A stretch of 64,000 bases of DNA from Chrysomallon squamiferum (lineage: Eukaryota; Animalia; Mollusca): contig CM022673.1 in assembly GCA_012295275.1 (NCBI GenBank), forward strand, positions 10,354,001-10,418,000. Direction: 5' to 3'. Under the pieces are notes generated by a model. The model made no database searches. It was given only the letters and a program-made list of their open reading frames with translations, and was not told the DNA's origin. The position numbers were made by a program, and so were the translations under genes. Shown here piece by piece: positions 13,018 to 27,292 of this stretch (its first letter is position 1; each line of letters starts with the position of its first letter).

Positions 13018-14959
13018 TGTGTGAAAGAATATGTTTGGATATATGTGCACATGTATAAGGATGTACACATTTTGGTTTATGTTTGTGGGTTTGGGTGTTT
13101 ATGAGTATGTATGTGATTGTGCATGTGTATATGATGTGTTTGTGTTTGGAAGTTTGAATATATGGGTATATCAATACACATAGGCATGCTCATGCACACA
13201 CACACACATAAGTAATAATAATAATAATAATTTTGAAAAAAGGAGAAAGGACATACAATCAGTATTTATTTATCACTTACCATTTTAACTAAATCATTTT
13301 ATTCTTTTTTTACTTTTAATTATATTATTAAATTTTTATTGTCAGATTAATAACATCATCACTGAAACCCGGAAGATAAACCTTCATTAAACAAAATATT
13401 TTTAAAAAGTAACATTTCTGGCAATTTCTGTTAAGATGATCCAAACCTGCCTCAACTCCAACATCATTTGTGTTGTTGTTGTTGTGTAAATGTTGTTGTT
13501 TTCATGTTAACCCCTTCACTAATCCATATCATGTTGCTGTCAGATACATGAAAACACACAGTGTGTCTTGGCTATAAAAGGGTTAACAGCTTGTTCCTCC
13601 AGGTTCTATTTATGTTCAGATTTCGGAAATTTGATCTCTTATTTTTCTTTTCTCTTGTTTTTTTTTTTTCAGATTATGTTGTGGGAATACCAAAAGGAAA
13701 CCTTCATTCTGGAAAGGTAAGGCAGTATTTTCACCTGTTGCAAAAAATTCAAACAGAAAAGACACTGAGTGCAAAAATAATAATAATTATCACCAAAAAA
13801 AAAAAATGACAAAGTAGAATAACAGAAAAAGGGAGGTAAAAAGAGAAAAAGAATGCAGAAAAACATAAAAGATAAGAAAAAAAAGAAAAAAAAAGATTTT
13901 CAAATTAATTCTTTCTGACAACAGAACTATAAACAGACCTGTGTTAACTATTTACCTGATGTTCATCTCAGCTAGGACCTAGGATCAATTCCCTACCATG
14001 AGGTATTCCATTATTTCCCAATCTAACCATTTCTCTACAACTTCTACATTTAAAGGCCAAGGCATGTGTTGTCCTGTCTAGAAAAGACACAGTTCCTACA
14101 TAGAAGGCTTTTTGTATCTATATATAGAAAGAGATATAAACTATTTTATCTTAGCTGATGGTAAAATGAGAATGTTTTGTCAGAAGACAGCACCTCAGAA
14201 TTAACAAATGTTTCACTTACAGAAAAATCAGTGTTTTACACTGGTACTGGTAAAGAAAAGAAACCTGAACTATCAGACAGTTAGTAAATAAACATAATCC
14301 TTAAACACAAATCTTTTATCTGCTAGTCTGAAGAAATGCAATATATTATGACTGGCACCCACCCTTTGCTAATAATAAAGTATGGCAATAGTATAACAAG
14401 TCTGCAGTAACTCACTAAGTAATTTTCTCCATGTTTTTCCTGTGTACTTTATTAAATTATGTCTTAACAAATTTCTATTTATTTTTTAAACTATGACAGA
14501 ATATCGGGGGTCAGCCTTTACTAATAAAAAAGTATGAAAATAACATAAAAAAGCCCAAGCAGTTCATTGTGGCCACCATTATCCTTTCTTCATTTTTCTT
14601 TTTTTTTTGTTTTCATTAAAGAATATTTTATAAAATTTTAAATAAAATATGATAAGAGATAATATTTTATTAATAATAAAGTATGGCTATAATATAACAA
14701 GACTGCAGAAGCTCATTGTGGTTATCATTTTTTATTTTTTATTTTTATTTTATTTTTATATATATATAGTCATAACATCATATCTTATAAAATAAAAAAA
14801 AAAAAAAAAGATATGGACTGAAAGTGAAAAACCATCCTTTACTGATAATAAAGTCTGGCAATAACATAACAAAATTGCAGTAATTCACAATGCTATCATT
14901 TTCAAACTTCTTTTTCTTTTTGTTATACACTCATTACAAAATACAATAGAATGATAACA

Positions 14960-15013
<54 letters not shown>

Positions 15014-15418
15014 TGATAATAATAATTAATTAATTAATTATAACGCATTCTTGTAAGCAGTGATTTGCTTAGTTTTTACCACATTCTCATTAGCTTTTAG
15101 CAGTAAATCAGTGTCAAAGATTATTTATCTGTCGGTTTATCAACTTCACCTAAATTTATCTGTGCCGTTTGTTTCTGTTACAAGTACACATTAAAAAATA
15201 ATTTTTTAAGATTGGGGTAAATAAGTGTAAAAAATGAATGAAGATAAAATTATCTGCTGTTTATTTCTTTTAAGTTTGTAGATATTTTTTAATCAGTTTT
15301 TGTAACATGATATTATCTAATTTAAAGTTTTGAAATTGAGAAGTATTTAAAAAATATATATTAATATATAATTATAATATATCACACACAATCTGTTTGT
15401 CTATTTAAAAAACATTAA

Positions 15419-15449
<31 letters not shown>

Positions 15450-17944
15450 TTTTTGAAGCATTAGCTAAAGGGAAATAATTTTGTTATAGTAATTTAAGTT
15501 TTATAAAATATATAATTAATTAAATTTACAAAATTGCCCAATCACAAATATATAAATAACATCAATAATAGCATCAATAATAATAAAGAATAAAAATGTC
15601 TAAAAATCAGTTCTTCTTATTATTAAATAATAATAATAACAACAACAGCAGCAGCAACAACAATGACAACAATGACAATAAAAACAATAATAACAACAAC
15701 AAAACAATATTAATAATTAATTAATTAAACAACAACCCACCCCACATGTCTGCTCCCTTTAACTTGTTTTAATTTTTTTAATTTTTTTTTATCCAAACAG
15801 CCTGGAAAGAGTTAGCTCAAGGGAAATAATCTTGTTTACACTGATAAAGCTAACAGAAGATATCCACTCATTATTTAATGAGGAGCAGATGTCTGCTTCA
15901 GGTTTACTTCAGTAGACTGAAGTTTTTACATTTATCTCTATCTACAGATAGAGGAAGCATTTTGTTGACATCCATAAATTATCCCCCTTCAGCAGAAAAT
16001 CAGACCAGAAAAAGGTCTCACAGTTTAAATTCAAAAAAAAAAAAAAAAAAATCATTTTTGTAAACTAAAAAAAGAAAACTTTACTAAAGATAAAGTCAAA
16101 ATGGCTGAATGTGCGACACCAACTGGTAGGTGATGAAAATAAAATAAATTGAAATTTTCTTCTGATGTTTATAACGAAGCAACATTTTTTTTTTTTTATC
16201 AGAAATAGTCTCAGAAAACAACCACTTCTTTGTAAAATGCACAGCAGCAGACAAACTGGTGAACAAAATGTTATTAAAAACCGAGAGAAAGATTTACAAA
16301 CATTCTGATATTTTTTGTCGAGATCCTCAAATTATCTAAGAAATCTGATGATTTGTTTATAGACAGTTATACAGTTACAGGCAACATGGTTCAAAATTAC
16401 TTACTGGTGCATTTTTTTTCATCACTCTACATTCCTTGAAACAGTAACATGTTTTTGTTCCTATTCTAACCAAAGTCTCATGAAATGTTTTTCCATTCAA
16501 TGAAAAAATGCAATTAAAAATCACGTTTAGATATTATATAAGAAGCACCTTTTTTTCTTCTTTTTTTAAAATCTGGTGCACATGCACTAGGTTTTCGTTG
16601 ATTAAGAGTATATTTATATCTGGTTTTATGTTGTAAATAGTTATACATATTCATGAAGATGATTATAAGCTTGTCTATCTGAATGTGAACAATACTGTTA
16701 CTTTCATTTTTTATATTTTTCTCCTAGACTCTTAAATTACTTTTGTTTTCATCATACCAGTATTCTCTGCTATATTAGAACTAATTCTTAGTATCTCTGT
16801 AGAATGCCAGTATTTGTTTCTTAAAATGGCCAGAATGGATTTTTTCCCAATATAGACTTTGCTCCATGATTTCTTATAAAAAGTGCTTTACTGTATCTGA
16901 GAAGGTGCATAAAAAGATAACATATTGCTGTTTTAAAATTCTAACAAGTTTATTATGAAGAGTGAAATACAATTCCAAATGTTTGATGTGCCAATGATGT
17001 AAAATTAGTGTATGCAAGAGAATTTATTTATCAATTTGTGTGTGTATATACATATATATTATGCTAATTATTGCATCAGAGGTTGAACACTTGTTCAATA
17101 CTCTGTAATATTTTTATTTTTATTTTTATTGAGTGATAATTAATGATTACTTATATTTAATAATTTTAATGATTTTGCTTTTTTCAGATTGCTATTTTTA
17201 ATCAAAACATGTCCAATCTGATGAACATATCAGGAGAACAGGTAATTACATTTTTTATTTATATATTTATTATGTTTATAATATAACATATATATTAGTA
17301 AATATATAATAAATTTATTAAAAACAAAAACACAAAAACTTTATGAATGTGTGTGTGTGTGTATGTGTGTGTTAGTAAATATATAATAAATTTATTAAAA
17401 AACAAAAAAACGCCAAAAAACAACTAAATTAAGTTCTAAAAGTTTTAATTAATAAACTATAACAACTTAACAAACCACACACATTTGTTACATTTATTGT
17501 ACAATTATTTATCTTTAAACACTTTTTTTAATGAACAGAACCATAGTAATTTAAAAAAAAAAAAAAAAAAATATTACACACATGTATATATATTTTTCTG
17601 CTATTATTTATTAACCTATTTAAAACAAATTCCTTTTTAATGATCCGAAGCCAAAGTCATATAAACAAATACAAATAAGTCACGGTTTTCCTACAAGTAG
17701 CATTTTATCTCATTTTCGTCTCTGGTTTATCACATGCAGAAAGAAGCATGCTGATAAATGTGTGTTTTACTGACATGGGACCATGCAGTACAAGATATAT
17801 ATCACTGGGGCTTATCTCTCTCTGGTTCATATCATTGGAATGCACACTTAGAACAAATTATCCATTTTGGCTACCTTTCCCCGTTTTCTGTGCAGTTTAC
17901 AAAAGAAGTAAAATATTTATCACATAGCATGCTATCTTGTATCT

Positions 17945-17991
<47 letters not shown>

Positions 17992-20900
17992 CGAAAACTT
18001 GCTTAAATTTGTTTCCTATATCTGTTTTTTTTTTTTTTTAATTTCTTATTTAAAATGAAATAAATCCTCCTGGAAGCTGATGTTTGTTTTAATGTAATTT
18101 GTAAAGAAAAGTTTTAAGGTTACATGTTTGTTTTCGTTTTGTTTTTTTGATATTATTTAAATAAATAGTTTTCAAGGTTTTTTTTTTTTTAGGGGGTGTT
18201 TGTGTCTATCTGTGTGTGTGTTTGTGTGTGTAGGGTACATAGTTATCTAGATAAATATGTAATATGTAAGTGTATGTAGGTTTGTGTATGTGTGTACATA
18301 TGTGTGTGTGTGTGTGTGTGTGTGCATGTGTGTCTATATATATGTGTGTTCATGTGTACATGCATGCATTTATGTATCTATGTATACATGTTTTTATGTA
18401 TGTAAGTATTTATGTCTGTTTTTTTATTACAAAGCAACTGTGACACGTGAACAAATAATCAAATAAAGTAAAAAAGTAAATAATAAAGAAACAATAAAAG
18501 AAATAAACAAAAATGCAAGGTTAAATTAATTGGACAAAACACTTCAAAAAAAAGAAAAAAAAAAAAAAAAAAAAAAACTCACAAACAGACACAAAGATCT
18601 TATCCAGAATACAACAAATGTCAACCAAGCCTTTAAAACAACATAAACAACTGGGTGGTCTAGAGGCACAGCCCCATTGTGGTATAAAACACCAATAAAC
18701 AAATGTCTGGCTTAAATACAAAAGAAAAAAAAAAAAATTATTTCACTGACCAGCACAAGCAGATTAATTCTGTTTTCAGACGAGGTTAAGGGATTGGTAC
18801 AGATTAATTTTTTTTTTTTCTTGATTTTTTTATTTTTTTTTTTTTTTTTTTTTTTGTTTATTTTACTTGGTTCAGTTTTATTTTATTTTATTTTATTTTA
18901 TTTTTTTTTTTTTCTGTTTTTTTTTTTTTTTTTTTTTTTTTCATTCAGTGACACAAAATGTAACATGAAAGTGTATCCAAGCATACACACACACACACAT
19001 TCACAAATACACACCAACACAGGCACACACACTGACACAGGGACACAAACACATACACACTCACACACACACACAAATATACACATACACACAAAGGTTT
19101 ACTTTAACAGAACAAACAAAAAAAAAGTTGACTGAACCATATATTTAACCCTTTGAGTGTTACAGGCCAATTTATCAACCTGTGTGACTGCAGTAAGTAA
19201 ACAAATAAATTATCCAAATGTACAGATGTAATTTCACTATACTATCCACCAGAGAATCTCTTAAATATTATACATTTTATTAAATGACTACCAGAATTCC
19301 TGAAAACAAGTATGGGCTGTGAATTCTAACTATAGGACACTTCTACAGAGCTAACCAGGTATGCTGGAACCTCAGCAGAAACAGTTTGAAATTGTTCTAG
19401 TCAAAGAGCAGCCTTCATAAAGCTGCTCACTTTAGTACTGGCACCACTGGTATAACAGAGACAGTTCTGTCATGTTAAACTCTCAATCAGTGTTTATGAG
19501 ATTCCAGATGTGCTGTTTAGTTCTTCCCTGCCTGACATCTGTTTTTGTGATGGGGAAGAGGTTGCACTTACAACAGACTCACCAGGAACTGACAGAGAGA
19601 GACAAATAAGTGTTTGTTGCTGGTTATATTGGACGTTTTTCATTGTTTCAGACTGTCAGTTTTATTTACAAGTTTATTGGTGTGAGGTTTTTTTTTGACT
19701 TTTCACAAAACAGGAAAGGTGTGTTTTTTATTTACTTAAACTTGCCAGAAACAGGAAAAGTTGTAATTAAATTTACCTGAAACAGGAAACATGAATTGAA
19801 ACTGACCTTAAACAGGAAAAATGTATTTATTACCTGTCAGAAACAGGAAAACAAAGTTTTAATATTTATTTAATTTTTAAACAGGAAAGATGCATTTGTA
19901 TTCATTTACAGTTTAAATCCTTTATGACTATTTCACAGTGGGTTTTGTTTATTTTTGAGAACCAGACTTTATTACTAATAAAGTGTAGCAGTAATATAAC
20001 AAATGATTCATGTAGTCTATTAGTTTTATTTTTTTACTTATATATGTTATGTTTTTAGAAAAAATATATGTTTAGAAAAAGGTTATCAGATATAACAATA
20101 TTGTTATGTTTTTAAAAATATAAGGTAGAAAACTTAAATAATCCTAACTTCAAAATCTAACAATACTTAATTTATTTTTAAAATGTCCTTCTTTATTTAA
20201 TTTATCACTCACTCCTTAGATTCATTCAGCCATCTTTAATTTTCAAGTTCCATTTATTATAATTCTTTTTTGTATTCGTTCTTTCTTTTTTCTTTCTGTC
20301 TTTCTTTCTTCTTTCTTTCATTCTTTCTTTCTGTATCTTTCTTTGTGTCCTCCTTTCTTCATTCCATCACTTGTTCATTCAGGTTGGTTCATACTTCGGG
20401 TACTCTCTGGCTGTCACTGATCTGAACGGAGATCAACTCGACGACATTATTGTAGGAGCTCCTCTTTACTCCGACTTCAAATCTCACACTTCATACGAGA
20501 CTGGCAGAGTTTACATTTACTACCAGACTTCACAGGTAACTTCATTGACATGTACTGGACTCCAGAGGTATCTTTATTAACATAAATCACACTTCAGATG
20601 TATCTTTATTAACATAAATAAGACTTCATGGGTAACTTCATTGACATGTACTGGACTTTATTAACATAAATAAGACTTCACAAGTAAACATAAATAAGTT
20701 CATTAACACTATGTGACTTCACAGGTGACTTCATTAATACTATGTGACTTCACAGGTAACTTCATTAATACATAACCATACCACACAATTAATTAATAAA
20801 ATAAAAACAAAATAAATTTTAATGAAAAATAAATAAATGAAAATAAATATATATTTAAAAAAAAAATAAAATAAATTTAGAAAACACAATAATATATATT

Positions 20901-21596
20901 TAAAGAAAACAATTAAGCATTTTATTTTTAAGCTGGAAAATCTGTGTAAAACATTTATTTATTTTATTTTATTTTATTTTATTAGATTATTTTATTTTAT
21001 TTTATTTTTAAGTTAAAGAATCTAATCTAATTTCTGTTTCATTTTTCCCAGCACACTTTCAAATCACAGAGAAAGGACATTTTGGACGGTCAAGGGAGTA
21101 AATCCAGATTTGGTCATTCTCTCACTGGACTCGGCGATATAAACAAAGATGGCTTTAATGGTCAGTCTGAACATTAAAATATTAACATAAAAATATGTGT
21201 TTTGTTTCCTATTTCTTTCCCTATTCCCAGTTCAAACTGTTGTTAATGATGAGTGAGGGACACTTGCTTTATGCTTAATAAATAACAGTATCAGTTTTCC
21301 TTATTGGTTAAATTAGTCTAAATCCAATACTTCTTGGTTGTAATTCTCAATAAACAATTTCTTAATAGTATCTTATTTTTATCCTAGTTTTGAAATGAAC
21401 TCTCCTCATTTTAACCTTTGAATTGTTTATATGAATTAAAATTTTGAAATGTTATGTGTTTCTGTCTCAGATCTGGGTGTTGGTGCCCCCTATGCAGGGG
21501 AAGATGGGCGTGGTGCAGTCTACATTTATCATGGAACTCGCAAGGGTATCATCACTCAAGTTTCTCAGGTTTGTAATTTTTTTAATTAAATATTTA

Positions 21597-21662
<66 letters not shown>

Positions 21663-24600
21663 TTATTGTAATTATTATTGTTATTATTGTTATTAATAGT
21701 ATGAATATTTTTTTAAACAATAAATAAAATAATAAATTCTATATGTTTTAATTTTAAATTAAAAAATAAATTCTCTGTTAAAGGTATAAAATTTCAAACA
21801 TTCATGTTATTTATAAGCAAAATAAACAGATTTGTTGTTTTTTCTTTCCATATTTAATTAGAAATAATATTTTGTGTTGCTTAAAACCTTTTTTTAATTT
21901 TTTTCTTCAATGTAATTGCAGTTAATGATTTTATTTATTTAACTGGTTTTTTATCTGTTTTTTAGATCATTTTTGCCAAGGATTTGGATTCACAACTGTC
22001 AACTTTTGGATTTTCTTTGTCTGGGGGACAGGACCAGGACGGCAACACGTATCCAGGTGTGTTTTGTGTGTGTGGTTTCATACCACAGTTATTTTTTTTC
22101 ATAATTTCTTAAATATGTTTTTGTAACATATTTTACTTAAAGTTATATTTTTACCTCCAGAAATTTCCAAGCATCATTTATATACAAACTAAAATATTAT
22201 ATTTATAAAGAAAACTTCAAATTTGTTTTGTTAATAAAGAAATTATCGAATACATTTAAGAACCAGGAACAATTCAGCTATATTATCATTTCTTTTTTAA
22301 ATGTTTATTAAATAAGTTATTACTGGGTAATTCATTGTTTTATAAATTATTACTGTATTATTTAGAAATTTTAAAATGTAATACAATAAAATATCAGCTT
22401 ATATCCACCATTCTGAAGTGTTTCTAATATTTTGTTTCTCTCAATAGATCTTTTGGTTGGTGCTTATGCATCAGACAAGGCTGTGTTTTTGAAGACAAGG
22501 CCCGTTGTCAGGGTAACTGCCAGTTTGAAAATTGACCCAGATATGATTAATCTGGACACCAAATCTTGTACACTGATTGATGATACGCGAATTACTTGGT
22601 AATTTTACAGTAATAGTATTTTAATTTTAATTAATTATCAATTAGAACATAAACTCTCAGTTTTGCAGTTATAATCTTTGAGTAAAATCAGCTTCAAAAA
22701 TTAGAATTAAAAATTATTAATCATTTTTAGTGCTACCAGAAAATGAAAGTTAATAATCATTTCATTAAATCTGAGATATTTTTTATTTATTATTATTATT
22801 ATTTAAGTTTTGTTTTATTTTATTTTAATTTAATTTAATTTTATTATTACTTTTTTGTGTATGTTTGTGTGAGTGTGTAAAACTGTTCAAATAAATTATT
22901 TTATTTTATTTCTTTTGTTTTTCCTTCCACCTTTTCTTTTAGTTATTTTTTCTTTCTTCATCTTTCTTTTGTTTCAGTATTTCTTTCTTTCATTCTTTCT
23001 TCATTCCTTTCTTTCTTCAAATTAATAAAATATTTCTAATTATAATATTACATCCTAAATGTTTGTTTCAGTAATCCAGTAACTAATTTTATTTATTTTA
23101 TTTAGTTATTTCGTTATTTAGTTTCTTTCTTTGTTTACTTATCTATCTATCTATTTAGCTGTCTGTCTGTCTGTGTGTCTGTCTGGCTGTCTGTATCTAT
23201 CTATTTATTTATTTATTTATCTATTTATTTATTTCAGTTTTACAGTGTATACTTGTTTAGAATACAGTGGTATTGGAGTGCCAGAGGAGCTATGTAAGTA
23301 TTTCTCTTTTCTTAACAAAATTTTCTTTAAAATATTTATAAAAAACCAACAATAAAAAAATACATATATATAATTAATTAATCAAATATAATAAGTTCAC
23401 TAATATCTATGTTGGCTACATTTTTTCTCTTCTGCTATCGATGGACAAAGAAATAAAAAAAAACAAAAACAAATAAAAAGCAATTTAAAAAACGCCAGAA
23501 AGGCTATAAGTAAGTAAATAAATAAATAAATTTTGAGGGGAATTGTCAACTAATATTCAGTATTTTAACTGATATAAGTAGACAGTAGCTACACACTGAA
23601 CTGGACTGATGATATGGTAGAGAGAAGATTGTCAAAGCTCAAATGGTCACTATATTTAAAGGGGAATTCTAAGCTATTTTTTTTATATAATGGTTGTAAT
23701 CAAATTACATTTTGTTTATTACAAAAATTGACATGTTTAATAACATAAGTTTTAAAAGTAAAGAATTCAAATTAAAAACATTTAACAAAAATTAAGATTA
23801 ATGGTTGACCATGTTAAAAAAATAAATTTTAATGATAGATAAAGAATCTGTTAAATAACTTTTGTTACATTCTATTTTTGTTGTCTCTGTACTGTAAATT
23901 AATTGTTCTTTCATATTCTTTTACAGTTTTTTGTAAATTAATTTAGTTATCATATTCATTTAGTTTTTGATGTTTTTGTTGTCTGTATTAGAAATTATTT
24001 TTATTGTCGTATTCCTTTACAGATTTTGTTGTCTGTTTTGTAAATTAATTTAGATGTATTTTTTTACAATTTTATATTGTCTGTGTTTGAATAGTAAATT
24101 AATTTTATTGTCATATTTTGTTACAGTTTTTGTGTTGTAAATTAATATAGTTCTGTTAAAGTTTTTGTATTATAAATTAATTTAGTTCTGTTACAGTTTT
24201 TGTTGTGTTGTAAATTAATTTTCTTCTGTTACAGTTTTTGTTGTGTTGTAAATTAATCTTGTTCTGTTACAGTTTTTGTTGTGTTGTAAATTAATCTTGT
24301 TCTGTTAGTTTTTGTTGTCTGTATTATAAATTAATTTAGTTCTGTTACAGTTTTTGCATTATAAATTAATTTTGTTCTGTTACAGTTTTTGTTGTCAGCT
24401 GGGAACTGGATGTGTTACAGAGGAATCGAACTCGAGAAGAACAAAGAGCTTACTTCCTGCCAAACGAGGACGACATCACAATGTCTAAAACCATCAAACT
24501 GCCGCGCAAAGCCACCTGGTGTACATCATCATACGCTTACGTCAGAGTAAATTTTACATTTCTAATTTTTATCTGATACATTAAAATACCTGTTTGTTAT

Positions 24601-27115
24601 TTTTTATACTGAATTTATTTTGCTTTCTTTCTTATTTTGTTTTTTTGTTCTTTCTGTCAGTTATAAAAGAAAATACTAAATTTTTTTTTTCTCAAAGTGA
24701 TTAAAGCATTTATCTTTAAAACATACAAATATGCATACATTCATATATGCATGCATACATACATATATCTATACCATTGTTTGTTTTATTATGATATATA
24801 AGACAAAATGACACTGTATATGTATGTATATGTGTGTGTGTGTGTGTGTGTATATATATGTTTATTACATATCTAATTTAATGAGTGTATGTAATTAGAT
24901 CAGTGTTTGTTTTAGAATGATATACAAGACAGACTTACTCTGTATGTGTATATATGTTGCGTATTACATATCTAATTTAATGAATATGTATATGTACCAT
25001 TGTTTTTTTTAAGAATGATATTCAAGACAAGCTGACTCCAATTGCCGTGGACTTCAAGTTCAAACTGAAGTCAGAAGAGAAAAAACGAAAACGAAAAAGA
25101 AGAAGTCGAAGTCTGAGACCAATTTTAGATCAGTACATTCCAACCAACGTCCGTACAGAGGTCTGTCTATTAATTACATCTTTTTTTAACAACCAGATTA
25201 TGAAATACTCGTTTTTCTCAATACATTAATTATTGTTAATAATCTTAATATAAAAAAAAGTGGACTTGATAGCAGAATGGTTAAATATTGGCTTTAAGAC
25301 CAGTAGGTCCTAGGATCAAATTACAGAACAGACTTCTGCTGGAGATGTGAGATAACTACATGGTTTTCTGTCTAACACAGAACTAGACTGTGTGCCCAGG
25401 TGTGTGTGTGCTTGAATATTCAGTAAATATTCTCACTTGTCAAGTTTTTTTTATTTAACTTTAGTTAAGATTTCTTCAGACTTGTCAGTATGGACTGATA
25501 GTGTCATATTTTCCTTCTAAATACATAACTGCATGATGATAATAATATATTTTCTTCAGTGAATCTGTTTTGGAAAATAAGATTTTATAAATGTCTGACA
25601 AAACCTAATCAAACTGCATCAGCATAAGAAAACGGGGTAATTAAATGTACATTATCAAAAAAAATAATAATAATAATAAAAAAAAATTCTGCTTCAAAAA
25701 AAAAACTGACAAAAGATAATTTTAAAAAAAAAAAATCCTGCCTTCAGACAACATTTGATTCTGTCATTAAATGTACATAACGCAACAAAAGATACTTCAT
25801 CATCAATTCTGACACTGTAAATTCCTCACTGGCAGAAAGAGCACTCAAAGTTAAATCACAAATCCTTTATAATAAATCAGTTATTGATCTTATTCAAGTT
25901 TTATTGATTCCTGTATAGTAAATTCCTTCCTGATAAAAATAGCACCTGCAAGTAAACTGCTTCAAACTAATTTCTGTTTTTTGTTTTATTTTCAGGCTCA
26001 GATTCTCAAACATTGTGGAAGAGACAACATTTGCATACCTGATCTTGTACTTAATTCCTTCAGGTAAAACTAAAACTCTACAAATGTCACCAAAAACATA
26101 TACATTGTCATAGGATCCTTCCTTTGATAATAATAACATTATAATAATAAATATACCCAAATGAACAAGTAGACTATACACTTTTGTATTCTTCCTTATG
26201 ATTTTTAAAATTGTACTTCGTGCAAACCTTTGCTGATAATAAAGTATATTACAGATAATCAGGAGCTTTGTGAGAGACATCGCTTCTGTTCTCTATAAAA
26301 ACCTATTGTTTATCAAGAAACATACTTATGTGTATAAAATGGTTTTAACCATTTCCTTTTTTTCTTTTTCTGTTTTTATTACTGACATGTAGAGCACACA
26401 GATTTTATCTCAAAGTCATGTATATGGTTAACATTAACAATCACATACAATTATTTTTCTGCCACAGTAAATTCCATCCTGTCCAAGAAAGCACAGATGT
26501 TTTATCCACAAGTCACATAAATCGATGACTTTAATAATCTTATAGACTTTGTATTGATTCATGCAATAAATCCCTCACTTTCATAAAAAGCACCAAAGTT
26601 TATCAAGAAAACCATCAGTACGAATGACTCCAATCAGTAATCACGTTTTAATTTATTCTGTCATTGTAAATTCCTCCCTGTCATCACTTTAATGATAACG
26701 ACTATTCAGATTAGACTGAAATTCTCGTTGTAAATTCCTCCCTGTCACAAAGAGCACCCAGGTTATCCATAAGACTTTCAGTAAGATTATTATAATGATT
26801 TTCAATCTAGCTGTACTGATTTCTTATTCGCAGAATATCGGCAGCTCACATCATCGGTGACAGGACTGAGTTAGAAATTCTGATCATGGTTGAAAACCGA
26901 GGAGAAGATGCGTACAACACACAGCTGTGGATCAACCTGCCACCTGGTGTCAGCTACAAAAATGCAGACGCAATTCAGGCAGTAAGTCAGCAAGAAAGAT
27001 AGTTTCTTTTTATTTATAATGCAACAGTGTAAATGTGTTACAATTATTTTGTTACTTATTTATTATTATTGTTATTACTATTGTTATTATTGTTATTATT
27101 GTTATTGTTATTGTT

Positions 27116-27146
<31 letters not shown>

Positions 27147-27230
27147 CTGTTACTACTACTTCTACTACTACTAACTTCTAGTATTTAGTTAGTTTATTAA
27201 ATATTTTATTTATTTGTTTATTGTTTATTG

Positions 27231-27292
<62 letters not shown>

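Noticed and set aside
11978-13174. Longest ORFs in the track (226, 128 and 115 aa, minus strand)
   Set aside because: They are open only because they run through (CA)n, (GGAA)n and poly-A tracts; no domain features, and they are antisense to an integrin intron.
25260-25345. Functional tRNA gene
   Set aside because: A- and B-box-like motifs are present but the stems do not pair; treated as a SINE remnant.
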